NCBI GenBank assembly: GCA_041690135.1
Contig: JAWLHY010000016.1
Span: 1 to 64,000, forward strand
DNA: 64,000 nucleotides
Direction of reading: 5' to 3'
From: Armatimonadota bacterium
GTDB taxonomy: Bacteria; Armatimonadota; SYMT01
The first letter of the stretch is position 1. Every line of letters starts with the position of its first letter. Below the pieces are notes generated by a model. That model was not told the DNA's origin. It ran no database searches and saw nothing but the letters and a program-made list of their open reading frames with translations. This document shows positions 29,135 through 38,508 of the stretch, piece after piece. The position numbers and the translations under genes were made by a program.

Positions 29135-29935
29135 CTAATACTTGAAATTGATGTAGGTCTCCGCGCTCTCTTCCAGCCGTTCCACGACCTCGCAGCGAAG
29201 CAGCTTCCGGGTGGCTTCGGGTAGCCTCTCGTAGTAGTCGCGCGGTACGCGGAGGTCCACCTGGGGCGTATGGAGCCAGTGCATCACGAAGCCCATGACC
29301 ACCATGGGCCGCGGCTGCTCGGAGCGGTTGGGGCTACCCCGATGTAGGGCGAGCGGCGTGCGGATGGAAACGTCGCCCGGCTTCATGTAGAACGACTCCA
29401 TCGGGATGTCGCCGTTTCGGACTTTGTCCAGCGCCTCATCGCGCCCCATCACGTGCGTCCCGCGCGCCTGCTGGAAGGGACCGTTCTCGTCCGTTACTTC
29501 CACCAGCGGAAAGTTGACTGCCAGTGCATAGAGCGGCGTGACCACGTCGTCCGTAAACAAGGGCCGGTAATCGCGGTGGATTTCCTGATGTTCCGCGCCC
29601 TTGATAGGAACGTCGACCCCCATCTGAACGAGCACGTACTCCTGAGCGAAGACGCGGTTGAGGACCCCCAGGATGGTGGGGTTGGCGAAGACGTGTTCAT
29701 CCGCGAAGGGCGGGCGCCAGGGCAACGTCAGGTAATAGCGGTTCTTCTCACGGGGCGCCAGACCGCCTTCCTGTGCCATCCTTTCCTGGAAGAGCTGCAT
29801 GAATGCGGACCGCCACTCCTCGATCATGGCTGGATCGAAAAGCCCCCGGAGGGTGCAGATGCCGTCCCGGTTGAGGTCTTCCACCAGGCGGTCCAGCTCC
29901 GTATCCGTGAATTGTCGCGTCTCCACTGCCGTCAT
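29135..29935 (-). CDS. phytanoyl-CoA dioxygenase-family Fe(II)/2OG oxygenase
   Basis: QEIHRD, NFPLVEVTDENGP...GTH, PGDV...LHRGSPN; start MTAVETRQ with RBS AAGGAG. Confidence 0.88.
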   Translation of the reverse strand: MTAVETRQFTDTELDRLVEDLNRDGICTLRGLFDPAMIEEWRSAFMQLFQERMAQEGGLAPREKNRYYLTLPWRPPFADEHVFANPTILGVLNRVFAQEYVLVQMGVDVPIKGAEHQEIHRDYRPLFTDDVVTPLYALAVNFPLVEVTDENGPFQQARGTHVMGRDEALDKVRNGDIPMESFYMKPGDVSIRTPLALHRGSPNRSEQPRPMVVMGFVMHWLHTPQVDLRVPRDYYERLPEATRKLLRCEVVERLEESAETYINFKY

Positions 29936-29981
29936 GCGTTTCTCCTTGCCTTTCCTGTTCCGAATTCGAACCACCGCGGTG

Positions 29982-30545
29982 TTACCCGCGATGGCTTGAA
30001 TTATGCGTGGGCTCTTTCCGGTCGGACGTGTCCCAGCCGGGGGAAGAAAGCATTGGCGGAGAGGTTTCGACCAGAAGGCGGATCTCCCGGCGCGGAGGAA
30101 CAAACCCCAAGGGCCACCGCGTGGCTTCGTCGTAGACTGCGTCGCGCAGATCGACGCCTTCCAGACAGGCCAACTCGAGATCCGTACCCGCCAGAACCGT
30201 CCCCCGAAGATCCGCGCCGCACAGGCATGTTTCCGCCAGGCAACACCGGCTCAGGTCCGCCCCGCGCAGATCCACCTCGTTCAAAGTGGCGCCGCACAAC
30301 CCGGCGCCTTCCATACCGGTCAGATCGGCATGTCGGAGGTCAGTCCAGTTCAGTTGTGCGTCTCGAAGGCGTGCTCCAGCCAGGTCCGCGGCGCACAGCC
30401 GGGTGGCCGTTAGGTTCGTCCCGGTGAGGTCATAGTTCCGCATGGCCGCATCGGACAGATCCAATCCGCGAAGTTGGGCACCCGATATCATATTTAAAGC
30501 TACAGTTCGCGGGATCCGACCCATGGTTCGATGGCAAATGCGCAA
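29982..30545 (-). CDS. pentapeptide repeat protein
   Basis: many A(D/N)Lxx repeats; typical terminus DAVYDEATRWPLGF; start uncertain (30545 or 30491). Confidence 0.8.
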   Translation of the reverse strand: MRICHRTMGRIPRTVALNMISGAQLRGLDLSDAAMRNYDLTGTNLTATRLCAADLAGARLRDAQLNWTDLRHADLTGMEGAGLCGATLNEVDLRGADLSRCCLAETCLCGADLRGTVLAGTDLELACLEGVDLRDAVYDEATRWPLGFVPPRREIRLLVETSPPMLSSPGWDTSDRKEPTHNSSHRG

Positions 30546-30757
30546 GGTGCAAATCCCTTTTCAAGTGCTCCATTGTCCTGGGCTCCATCCCATGGGTAGG
30601 TGCACATCCGGCCTACGGCGGTGTTTTGTACCCGTGCGTGCGCGAGGGAAACACCCGCCCTCGACAAATTCTGAAGCCACCGGCACTCCTCGAGAAAAGG
30701 GGGTACGCGTACCCCTCTTCTCTGATCTATCGAATGTGCGCCGGGTCGCTTCCAACG

Positions 30758-30784
30758 GTTTGAGCGGGGCAGCCAGGAGGGAAT
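30758..30784 (+). promoter_or_regulatory. putative SigB/SigF-type promoter
   Basis: GTTT-N17-GGGAAT upstream of the GH1-RmlD gene. Confidence 0.5.
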
Positions 30785-30957
30785 TACGCGCGTAGCCTAG
30801 CTGGTTCGGCAACCCGGCTTCAGTCCATCAGCCGACGCCGGGTTGCCGAAAGAGGGCGCCGCGATTGGAGACGCGCTTGCCGCAGGAGATGCGGTGCAGG
30901 TGCTTGAGGAGTTGGGTTTCAACAGCTCCTCCCCGGCCGCGGCGCGAGATAGAGAAT

Positions 30958-33363
30958 ATGCTGAACTTGAACTACCGCGAGACCACTGCCACTGATAACC
31001 TGGAGACCCCTGAAAACCCCGTTAACTCTCCGGCCGCGCACGGCGGCGGCCGGCCACAACCCTCCGCGGAATTAGAGCTGTGGGGGGGAATCGAGTGCAC
31101 CGTCAACCGTGTGGGTGACGAGTACTTCGATCAGTTGGAGCGCAGCGGCCACGTCGACCGCCTCTCGGACCTGGACCTGCTGGCGATGCTGGGTATCCGC
31201 GCCCTGCGTTACCCCGTCTTGTGGGAGCGAACCGCGCCCGAGGGGCCGGCGCAGGCCGATTGGCGCTGGGCCGATGAACGACTGGCCCACCTGCGCGACC
31301 TCGGCATCCGGCCCATCGTAGGCCTGGTGCATCACGGCAGCGGACCGCGTTACACGAGCCTCATCGATCCCTGCTTTCCGGAAAAGCTGGCGGAGTACGC
31401 GGGAGCGGTGGCTGCGCGGTATCCCTGGGTCGAGGCTTACACCCCCGTCAACGAGATCCTGACCACCGCCCGCTTCAGCGGTCTCTACGGACACTGGTAT
31501 CCGCATGGGAAGGATGGACGGACCTTTGCGCGGGCCCTGATCAGCGAGTGTCGCGGCACCGTTATGGCGATGCAGGCTGTGCGCCGGGTGAACCCCACCG
31601 CGCGGCTGGTGCAAACCGATGACCTGGCCAAGACGTACAGCACCCCCGCGTTGGCATACCAGAGGGACTTCGATAACGAGCGGCGCTGGCTGGGGTGGGA
31701 CCTAACCAGCGGGCGGGTGAACGCCGAGCACCCCATGTGGAATCACCTCCAGCAGGACGGCATCCCGCAGGTAGAACTGGAGTGGTTCCTGGAGAACCCG
31801 TGTCCTCCGGACGTACTGGGGATCAACTACTACCCCAACAGCGAGCGCATCCTCGACGAGCGCATGGAGCGCTATCCCGAGTGGTCGCATGGCGGTAATG
31901 CCCTGCAGGCCTACGCGGACGTGGAGGCGGTGCGGGTCATCGCGGAGGGGCTTGCTGGCCCGAAGGTCATCCTGCGGGAAGCCTGGGAGCGATACGGAAT
32001 TCCCATCGCGATTACGGAAGTCCATCACGGCTGCACCCGCGAGGAGCAGATGCGCTGGCTGCTGCAGGTGTGGCAGGCGGCCCGTTGGCTCCGAGGGCAG
32101 GGCGTGGATGTGCGCGCGGTGACGGCCTGGGCGATGCTCGGGCTTTACGACTGGAATGTGCTGTGTGTGAGCTGCAACGGCCACTACGAACCGGGGGTGT
32201 ACGACGTGCGCTCCGGCACGCCCCGCCCTACGGCGCTTGCCGGGATGCTGGCGGAACTAGGCGCCGGGCGAACCCCGCACCACCCCGTACTCGCTGCGCC
32301 CGGCTGGTGGGAGCGGGCCGACCGGCTGCATTACCCGCCGGTCCGGGCGTCGGATGGCCTGGATGCCGTACCCGCGGAACCGGCCCGCAAGGCGGAACCG
32401 CCCCGCGAGCGCGAGAGCGGCTCGTCTCGCAGAGCCCGGCCGCTGTTGATTACGGGCGCCACGGGTACCCTGGGACGGGCCTTCGCCCGCCTTTGTGAGG
32501 TCCGGGGACTCCCTTACCGCCTCCTGCGGCGCCAGGAAATGGATATTGCCGTGCCGTTCGCCGTGGAAGAGGTGCTCGACGAACTGGAGCCGTGGGCGGT
32601 GATCAATACAGCCGGCTACGTGCGCGTGGATGCAGCGGAGGCGGAGGCGGAGCGGTGCTACCGCGAAAACGTGGAAGGACCCGAGATCCTGGCTCGCGTA
32701 TGCGCGAAGCGGGGAATACCCCTGGTGACCTATTCGTCGGACCTGGTATTCGACGGGACCAAGGCGGAGCCTTATTGCGAGAGCGATCCTACCCGGCCGC
32801 TCTCCGTTTACGGCCGCAGCAAGATCGAGGCGGAGCAGCGGGTTCTCGATCGGCATCCGGCGGCGCTGGTCCTGCGTACCAGTGCTTTCTTCGGGCCGTG
32901 GGATGAACATAACTTCGTCACCCTGGCGCTGCGGGAACTGCAGGCCGGGAAGCCCTTCGTGGCCATGCAAGACGCCGTCGTTTCACCCACCTACGTGCCG
33001 GACCTGGTCCATGCCACCCTGGACCTCCTGATCGACGGAGAAAGCGGCTTGTGGCACCTCGCCAACCGCGGCGCCGTCACCTGGCTGGATCTCGCGCGGC
33101 AGGCGGCAACGGCGGCCGGAGTCGATCCGGTTCGCCTGGAAGGGCGACCGGCTGCGGCATTTGATCTACCGGCCCGCCGGCCGGTGTGGAGCGTGCTGGG
33201 TAGCGAGCGGGGATTGCTGCTACCGCCGCTGGAAGACGCCCTGGGGCGCTATCTCCGGGAGCGGGTGCCCCTCCCGGCAGCAGAGGTCACCAGTAGTATC
33301 CCAACCCTGGCGGCAGCGGATCTCCAGGTGGAAGAGCGGGCGCTCGCAGGCGCGCAGGCGTAG
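30958..33363 (+). CDS. GH1-like glycoside hydrolase / dTDP-4-dehydrorhamnose reductase (RmlD-like) fusion
   Basis: LWGGIECT, LRYPVLWE, GLVHHGSGP, TPVNE, ITE; then ITGATGTLG, NTAGYVRVD, SSDLVFDG, YGRSK, SPTYVPDL. Confidence 0.88.
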   Translation: MLNLNYRETTATDNLETPENPVNSPAAHGGGRPQPSAELELWGGIECTVNRVGDEYFDQLERSGHVDRLSDLDLLAMLGIRALRYPVLWERTAPEGPAQADWRWADERLAHLRDLGIRPIVGLVHHGSGPRYTSLIDPCFPEKLAEYAGAVAARYPWVEAYTPVNEILTTARFSGLYGHWYPHGKDGRTFARALISECRGTVMAMQAVRRVNPTARLVQTDDLAKTYSTPALAYQRDFDNERRWLGWDLTSGRVNAEHPMWNHLQQDGIPQVELEWFLENPCPPDVLGINYYPNSERILDERMERYPEWSHGGNALQAYADVEAVRVIAEGLAGPKVILREAWERYGIPIAITEVHHGCTREEQMRWLLQVWQAARWLRGQGVDVRAVTAWAMLGLYDWNVLCVSCNGHYEPGVYDVRSGTPRPTALAGMLAELGAGRTPHHPVLAAPGWWERADRLHYPPVRASDGLDAVPAEPARKAEPPRERESGSSRRARPLLITGATGTLGRAFARLCEVRGLPYRLLRRQEMDIAVPFAVEEVLDELEPWAVINTAGYVRVDAAEAEAERCYRENVEGPEILARVCAKRGIPLVTYSSDLVFDGTKAEPYCESDPTRPLSVYGRSKIEAEQRVLDRHPAALVLRTSAFFGPWDEHNFVTLALRELQAGKPFVAMQDAVVSPTYVPDLVHATLDLLIDGESGLWHLANRGAVTWLDLARQAATAAGVDPVRLEGRPAAAFDLPARRPVWSVLGSERGLLLPPLEDALGRYLRERVPLPAAEVTSSIPTLAAADLQVEERALAGAQA

Positions 33364-33408
33364 GATGGCTCTCGGCGTCCGACTTGCGTTTTAGCACCCC
33401 AGCACGAC

Positions 33409-33434
33409 GGTAGCCGCCGGAGACGGCGGCTACC
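33409..33434. terminator. perfect 11-bp hairpin with GAGA tetraloop between convergent genes
   Basis: ggtagccgccg-gaga-cggcggctacc. Confidence 0.6.
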
Positions 33435-33485
33435 ATTAATTCCAGTTGTTCCCGGGGAGCCTGCTATCCCCGATGCGCGGTAACG

Positions 33486-34004
33486 CTATGCGGCCTGGAG
33501 ATAGGCCTCTTCGCCGGTTTCGAAGCTCGGGCGAGCGAGAGAGAGGACCTCGTAGCGGAGCAGGCCGACCGGGGCTTCGACTTCGATGGTCTCCCCTACC
33601 CGCTTGTTCAGTAGCGCGGCGCCGACGGGACATTCGCTGGAGATCCAGTCCCGCAGCGGGTCCGCTTCGGCGGAACTGACCACGCGCAACTCCCAGGTAT
33701 CGTCCGACTCCAGGTCCCGCAGCGTTACCTGCGAGCCGAGACCTACGTAATCGGTGGGAATCTCTTCGGCACTCAATGGCACGGCCGCGCCCACCACGTA
33801 CTGAAGCAGGGCAATCCGCTCATCGAGGAAAGAGGCCTCCGTGCTGTTGTCCTCGCCCTCATCCTCGTCGATCTTGCGTCCGTTTGCCTGGAGCTCGCGC
33901 ACCCGCTCTGCCACTTCCGAACGGCGCGCCGCGCGCAACTCCTGCAGCTCATTCTCCAATCTGCGGAGCCCGGCCTCGGTTACGAAGAGAGTTCTATCTT
34001 CCAT
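33486..34004 (-). CDS. GreA/GreB-family transcription factor (atypical acidic tip)
   Basis: TEAGLRRLENELQEL coiled coil; VGLGSQVTL, EADP...ISSECPVGAALL.K.VG..IEVEAP.G...YEV. Confidence 0.88.
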   Translation of the reverse strand: MEDRTLFVTEAGLRRLENELQELRAARRSEVAERVRELQANGRKIDEDEGEDNSTEASFLDERIALLQYVVGAAVPLSAEEIPTDYVGLGSQVTLRDLESDDTWELRVVSSAEADPLRDWISSECPVGAALLNKRVGETIEVEAPVGLLRYEVLSLARPSFETGEEAYLQAA

Positions 34005-34171
34005 TTCCTTTTTTCCATATACAGTAGAAGCAGGGCCGGTTCGACCCATGCCGAACCGGCCCCATTCAGATCCACCGAGCACGCAGACCCCCAAGGCCGT
34101 AGAACCGACGGAGGCAGGCAGACGACCCAGGGGAACTGCCTGGGAGTACTCTCGGGTGAACCGCCCATGAT

Positions 34172-34196
34172 CTACCCACAATTCGCGCGGAAAAAC
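34172..34196 (-). promoter_or_regulatory. putative SigB/SigF-type promoter
   Basis: minus strand GTTT-N15-GGGTAG about 170 nt upstream of the Gre-like gene. Confidence 0.45.
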
Positions 34197-34216
34197 CCGG
34201 GTGGCTGCGCGGATTA

Positions 34217-34319
34217 GGATGAGGATGAAGATTAGGATGAGGAGGGGCGGACTGGATGAGGATGAAGATTAGGATGAGGAGGGCGGATTGGATGAGGATG
34301 AAGATTAGGATGAGGAGGG
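34217..34319. repeat. purine-rich tandem repeat, 3 x 36-37 bp
   Basis: GGATGAGGATGAAGATTAGGATGAGGAGG at 34217, 34254 and 34290. Confidence 0.9.
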
Positions 34320-34612
34320 TGGTACGCGTACCCCAGGGGCGTGAGGCGTGATTAGTGATGCGTAACGCGTAAGGGGGCGAACGAGGGGGTGATGGGGTTA
34401 CTGGGGGGCGGTGCGCGCGCAGGAGCGTTAGGCTTGAGGGAACGAGTAGGGGGCAGGGGTGTTGGTTGGGGGGCGGGCGGGGGTTGGTTGGGGGGGCGGT
34501 CTGACGGGCGGAGGGGACGGGGCGGGTAAGAGCCAGGGAGAGATGAAAAGCGAGCCGGAGTCCAGGTCTACTGGAATGCGGCCTGGTTCTCCAGGAGAAC
34601 AGGGAGGAAGGA

Positions 34613-35011
34613 ATGGCGATTATCTCGACCCGGGTCCACGGGATCCTCGACTACGCCACGGCTGGACTGATCGTCGTCCTGGCGTGGTTCGCGGGCTGGG
34701 GCACGGTGCTCTCCGGAGTGCTGCTGGCGTTCGCGGTGGCGATCACCGCCGTCAGTCTCTGCACAAACTACGAGCTGGGGGTCTTCCGTATCCTGCCGAT
34801 GACCGCGCACCTGGGATTGGACTACCTGATGGGCGGCTTATTGCTGGTTGCGGCGTTCCTGGTAGGAGGGGGCGCCGGTTGGATCCAGGCGGCCCTGGTG
34901 ATCCTGGCGATTGCGGAGTTTGGCGTGGCGCTGATCACCAACCCGGTGCCGGCGGAGCAGTCGCCGGTAGAAGCAGGCACTGCCGGGCGGAACCGCGCGC
35001 AGACGTTCTGA
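34613..35011 (+). CDS. small membrane protein (SPW-repeat-like)
   Basis: ISTRVHGILDY...SLCTNYELG.FR.LPM.AHL.LD; four hydrophobic segments; RBS. Confidence 0.75.
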   Translation: MAIISTRVHGILDYATAGLIVVLAWFAGWGTVLSGVLLAFAVAITAVSLCTNYELGVFRILPMTAHLGLDYLMGGLLLVAAFLVGGGAGWIQAALVILAIAEFGVALITNPVPAEQSPVEAGTAGRNRAQTF

Positions 35012-35404
35012 TGCGTGGTACGTGTTGTGTAATGGTTCGTGCGGGGTGGCTGCGGTGGCAGAGGGGCTACCCCGGGCGAGTATGTAACGATGGGTGACGC
35101 GTGAAAGTCTAGGGCAGAAGTTGGATCGGCCCCCCTCGGAAGCTGAAGTTTGCCTGTAGGGGCTGTGACTGCGTGTCGCGAGAGGCGTGACGCCATGCGG
35201 CGTGGCTTTGCCTGCGGGGAAACCGGAGCGCCGGTAGGCTTGCAGTCGGATCCGGAACATCAGAGGCGGGGCGGGTGTGGAGCGGTGGGAAAACCGGAGT
35301 ACCCGTCCCGCTCTTTGATGTTGCTCCAGTGCTGAAAGCGCCGGTTGCCCGGAATGCGTCTACAACTGCTATGTGTTAGGGATTTGCGGGAGGCAAACGA
35401 ACCG

Positions 35405-35845
35405 ATGAGCGAGGTCAGTGCGGAGAGGCTGCTGGAGCGTCTGGAGACGCTCGAGGAGCGGGTTCAGGCTCAGGAGCGAGAGTTAGACCACCTGCGGCGC
35501 CAGTGCGGAGTGCACCGAACTCCTTTCCGGATAGTGGACGACCAGGGCCGGACAATCGTCGACATCCACTCGACGGAAAGTGGCACCCACCTCCGCTTGC
35601 TCGACGGTACCGGTCGGTTCCTGGTGTCCCTTGCCGGGGTCGGAAGCGGTGGAAGCCTTGTTATCCACAACAATACGGGTGCGGAAGTGGTGGGATTGGC
35701 GGCAGGCCATCACGGCGGCGGTATCGTCGTGTCATCCAACGAAGGCCAACTCGCAAGCTGGATGAATGTGACCGGGGCAGGAGGGCATGTGGTTACCCGG
35801 ACTGCGGAAGGCGTCATCTCCGGGTCAATTCCGCCAGTTGATTAG
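35405..35845 (+). CDS. hypothetical protein (N-terminal coiled coil, repeated beta-hairpin C-terminus)
   Basis: RBS GGAGG; LERLETLEERV coil; repeating L.I.D..G.....L.....GG units. Confidence 0.6.
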   Translation: MSEVSAERLLERLETLEERVQAQERELDHLRRQCGVHRTPFRIVDDQGRTIVDIHSTESGTHLRLLDGTGRFLVSLAGVGSGGSLVIHNNTGAEVVGLAAGHHGGGIVVSSNEGQLASWMNVTGAGGHVVTRTAEGVISGSIPPVD

Positions 35846-36188
35846 CCACCCGGCCTGGTCTCCGCTCGGTCTCCCGTGCCCCGGCCCACGGTGTCGCCAC
35901 CGTTCGAGAAGCGTGATGCGGACGTAGCACCAGGTGCCGCAAGATGCGGGCGCTCGAGGGCGGTCTGCAATCTCGATCCACGAATGAGATGACTGCAATG
36001 AAGGACGGGCCTTCTGGTGCCACACCGTTCATTAGGGGTTACTGTGAGTCGCGCGTCACAGCATGTGCAGATATTCAACATGATCGGGTATGATCGTTAG
36101 AGTAATCGATGAGCGGTAAAATGCCCGTAGTGCCACAGCACCATGCGAGCGACAACTGGCGGACTGCCGAACACCTTGGGTTGCAGTT

Positions 36189-37205
36189 GTGATGAGAGAA
36201 GCCCCCACCTTTCCGGCATCCCCCGAGTCCTCATCCGACGGGAATTCGGTCCCCTCTTCCTCTCCTCACACGGCACCAGGTCCGGTGGCGATTGTGGAGA
36301 TTCCAATCGAGCATCTCGCGCCCGACCCATTTCAGCCACGGTCGCGCTTTACCGAGGAAACAATCCGGCAATTGGCCGAGTCGATCCACCACCACGGGGT
36401 CCTGCAACCCCTACTGCTGCGTCCGATGCAGGGTCCGAACAGCCGCGAGCGTTATTGGATCGTGGCCGGAGAGCGGCGTTATCGCGCCGCACAACTCCTG
36501 GGGCTCAAGACTCTCCCCTGCCGGGTGATGCCCTATGAGAATCTGGCGGCGGCCGTAATCGCCCTGGCGGAAAACGTGCACCGGGAGGACCTCAGCGAGA
36601 TTGACAAGGCCGCGGCGTTGCTCCGCCTCAAGACGCTGACCGACCGCACCTGGGATGAGGTGGCGGAAATCGTGAAACTTTCTCGGGACTATGTGAAACG
36701 GCTAGCCGGGCTGTTGCGGCTGGAGCAAGCCGTACAGGAGCAGGTTCGCAATGGGCTGATCTCCGTGCGCACGGCGATCGCCTTACGTCCCCTGGAGGCA
36801 CGGCAGCAGGTGGAGATGGCCGAAAGGGTAATCAGGGAGGGTCTCACGGCCGAACAGGTCCGCGAGGAAGTGGCCCGGCGCCGCGCCGCGCGCTCCGGAA
36901 AGAAACGCGGGCAGAGCGAAGATCCCGCCGGAACTGCCGCGGCGACCGAGAAGGCAAACGCGCGTCCCACTAAGGTGACCGGTCGCCTTGAACAGTACAC
37001 CGAGATCATTCGCGAGATCGATACCTGGCTGGAAAGCCGGGAGTGGGCCCCCAGCCGGGTCAGCGAGCGCCAACGAGCACGGCTGGAAGACCTTTATGAG
37101 GGAGTCAGCCTGCTCCAGCAGCAACTGGCGGCCATCCGGCGCGGTCTCCGGGATGCGGAAGTTTCCGATGCGGAGAAGCTACGTCGCGTGGATCTTCCCT
37201 TCTAA
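36189..37205 (+). CDS. ParB/Spo0J-family protein
   Basis: PDPFQPRSRF...LAESI..HGVLQPLLLR, IVAGERRYRAA (Box II), ALAENVHREDL; start uncertain. Confidence 0.9.
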   Translation: MMREAPTFPASPESSSDGNSVPSSSPHTAPGPVAIVEIPIEHLAPDPFQPRSRFTEETIRQLAESIHHHGVLQPLLLRPMQGPNSRERYWIVAGERRYRAAQLLGLKTLPCRVMPYENLAAAVIALAENVHREDLSEIDKAAALLRLKTLTDRTWDEVAEIVKLSRDYVKRLAGLLRLEQAVQEQVRNGLISVRTAIALRPLEARQQVEMAERVIREGLTAEQVREEVARRRAARSGKKRGQSEDPAGTAAATEKANARPTKVTGRLEQYTEIIREIDTWLESREWAPSRVSERQRARLEDLYEGVSLLQQQLAAIRRGLRDAEVSDAEKLRRVDLPF

Positions 37206-37206
37206 G

Positions 37207-38034
37207 TCAGGTGAGGAGAGCGCGAAGACGAGAGAGCGCGCGGCGTTCGAGACGAGAAACGTGCATCTGGGAGATGCCCAGTTTCGCCGCGACTTCGCCC
37301 TGGGTGGCCTCGCCAAAGAAACGCTCCTGGATGATCCGGCGTTCCCGTTCATCCAGGCAGGAGAGGGCCTGCGCGATAGTTTCGCGGATCTCCAGCGACT
37401 CGAACGCCGGCTCTTCCGTCCCGATCGCATCCAGGTAGTGGCCGCTGCGGTCATCATCCTCCCAGGTCCGTGAGTCCAGGGAGACCGGATAGTAGAGGAG
37501 GTCGACCTCCATCGCCTCGATGACACGCTCTTCCGGCGCCTCTACCGCGCGGGCCAATTCGGCGGTGGTGGGGCTCCTTCCCAATTCCTGTTCGAGAGTC
37601 AGGCGCACCACCCGGATGCGGTTCGCCAGCTCTCGCAAGCGACGTGGCGCGTAAACGAACCAGGTATGATCGCGCAGGTAATGCTTGATCACCCCCACGA
37701 TCGTCGGCATCGCGAAGGAGGTGAAGCTGAGACCGAGATCCGGGTCGTACCGTTCGATGGCGGCGATCAGCCCAATATAGCCGACCTGAAGGAGATCTTC
37801 CGAGGTGACGGCCTCTCCGGGCGAAAAGCGACCCGCGAGAAAACGCACGAGACGAGTGTGGCGGAGTACGATCTCGTTCCGCAGCCGGAGGTCCCGGGTC
37901 CGATGATAGGTACGTAACAATCGCTCGCATTCCCGCCGCTCACGCGCGAGGGCGGTGTTTTCTGCCTCCGTGCGAGGCGTGCGCGCGACATCGCGTAGGG
38001 GTGGGCGCCCAGGAACCCGATTTGCTTGGTGCAT
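37207..38034 (-). CDS. SigB/SigF/SigG-family RNA polymerase sigma factor
   Basis: EDLLQVGYIGLIAAIERYDP..G.SF.SFAMPTIVG.IKHYLRD, PRRLREL, RSPT.AELA, TQGEVAAKLGISQMHVSRL. Confidence 0.93.
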   Translation of the reverse strand: MHQANRVPGRPPLRDVARTPRTEAENTALARERRECERLLRTYHRTRDLRLRNEIVLRHTRLVRFLAGRFSPGEAVTSEDLLQVGYIGLIAAIERYDPDLGLSFTSFAMPTIVGVIKHYLRDHTWFVYAPRRLRELANRIRVVRLTLEQELGRSPTTAELARAVEAPEERVIEAMEVDLLYYPVSLDSRTWEDDDRSGHYLDAIGTEEPAFESLEIRETIAQALSCLDERERRIIQERFFGEATQGEVAAKLGISQMHVSRLERRALSRLRALLT

Positions 38035-38460
38035 GATGGTTCATTGGTTTAGAGGTCATCAGGAAAAACCCGGCCAGGCTAAGGCACCGGCGAATTTGCC
38101 GGATTCTCTCGCCCGACCGGGCGACGCAGAAGGACCTCGTACATGGCATTGAGAGGCTAACGGCCATCTATACCACCGCGTCACGCGCGTAAAACGGGAA
38201 TTGCGCGCGAAAACTCCAGGTCTTTCTGACGCATTTGGTACAGAGGTACGCGTACCACCGACGCATGCCGGCGCCCGCGCTGGCTCGGGTTGCGGCGGAA
38301 ATCACGGGCCGTGGCCGCGGGGTCAAGGTGAACATCGACGAAGCGCCGGGCCTCGCTCACCCAATGCGGGTGCATGCGGTACCGGGCCTGACGATCTTCT
38401 GAAACGGAACGGTGGTGGGCGCGCTGAAGGGGTGGCAGTCCGTAAAAGTGCTGATCGGAC

Positions 38461-38494
38461 AAATAAAAACGCCGCATCCCAGAGGAATGCGGCG
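38461..38494 (-). terminator. Rho-independent terminator of the tRNA operon
   Basis: cgccgcat/atgcggcg stem followed on the minus strand by GTTTTTATTT. Confidence 0.8.
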
Positions 38495-38508
38495 GGCCTG
38501 GTTAACCA

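Noticed and set aside
34217-34319. Mini-CRISPR interpretation of the 3-copy repeat
   Set aside because: The linkers are only 7-8 nt and nearly identical, the repeat is low-complexity, and there are no cas genes.
35842-36081. 79-aa Cys-rich ORF (CTCC...HCSH) as a zinc ribbon
   Set aside because: No RBS, atypical codon use, and it overlaps the probable parB promoter region.
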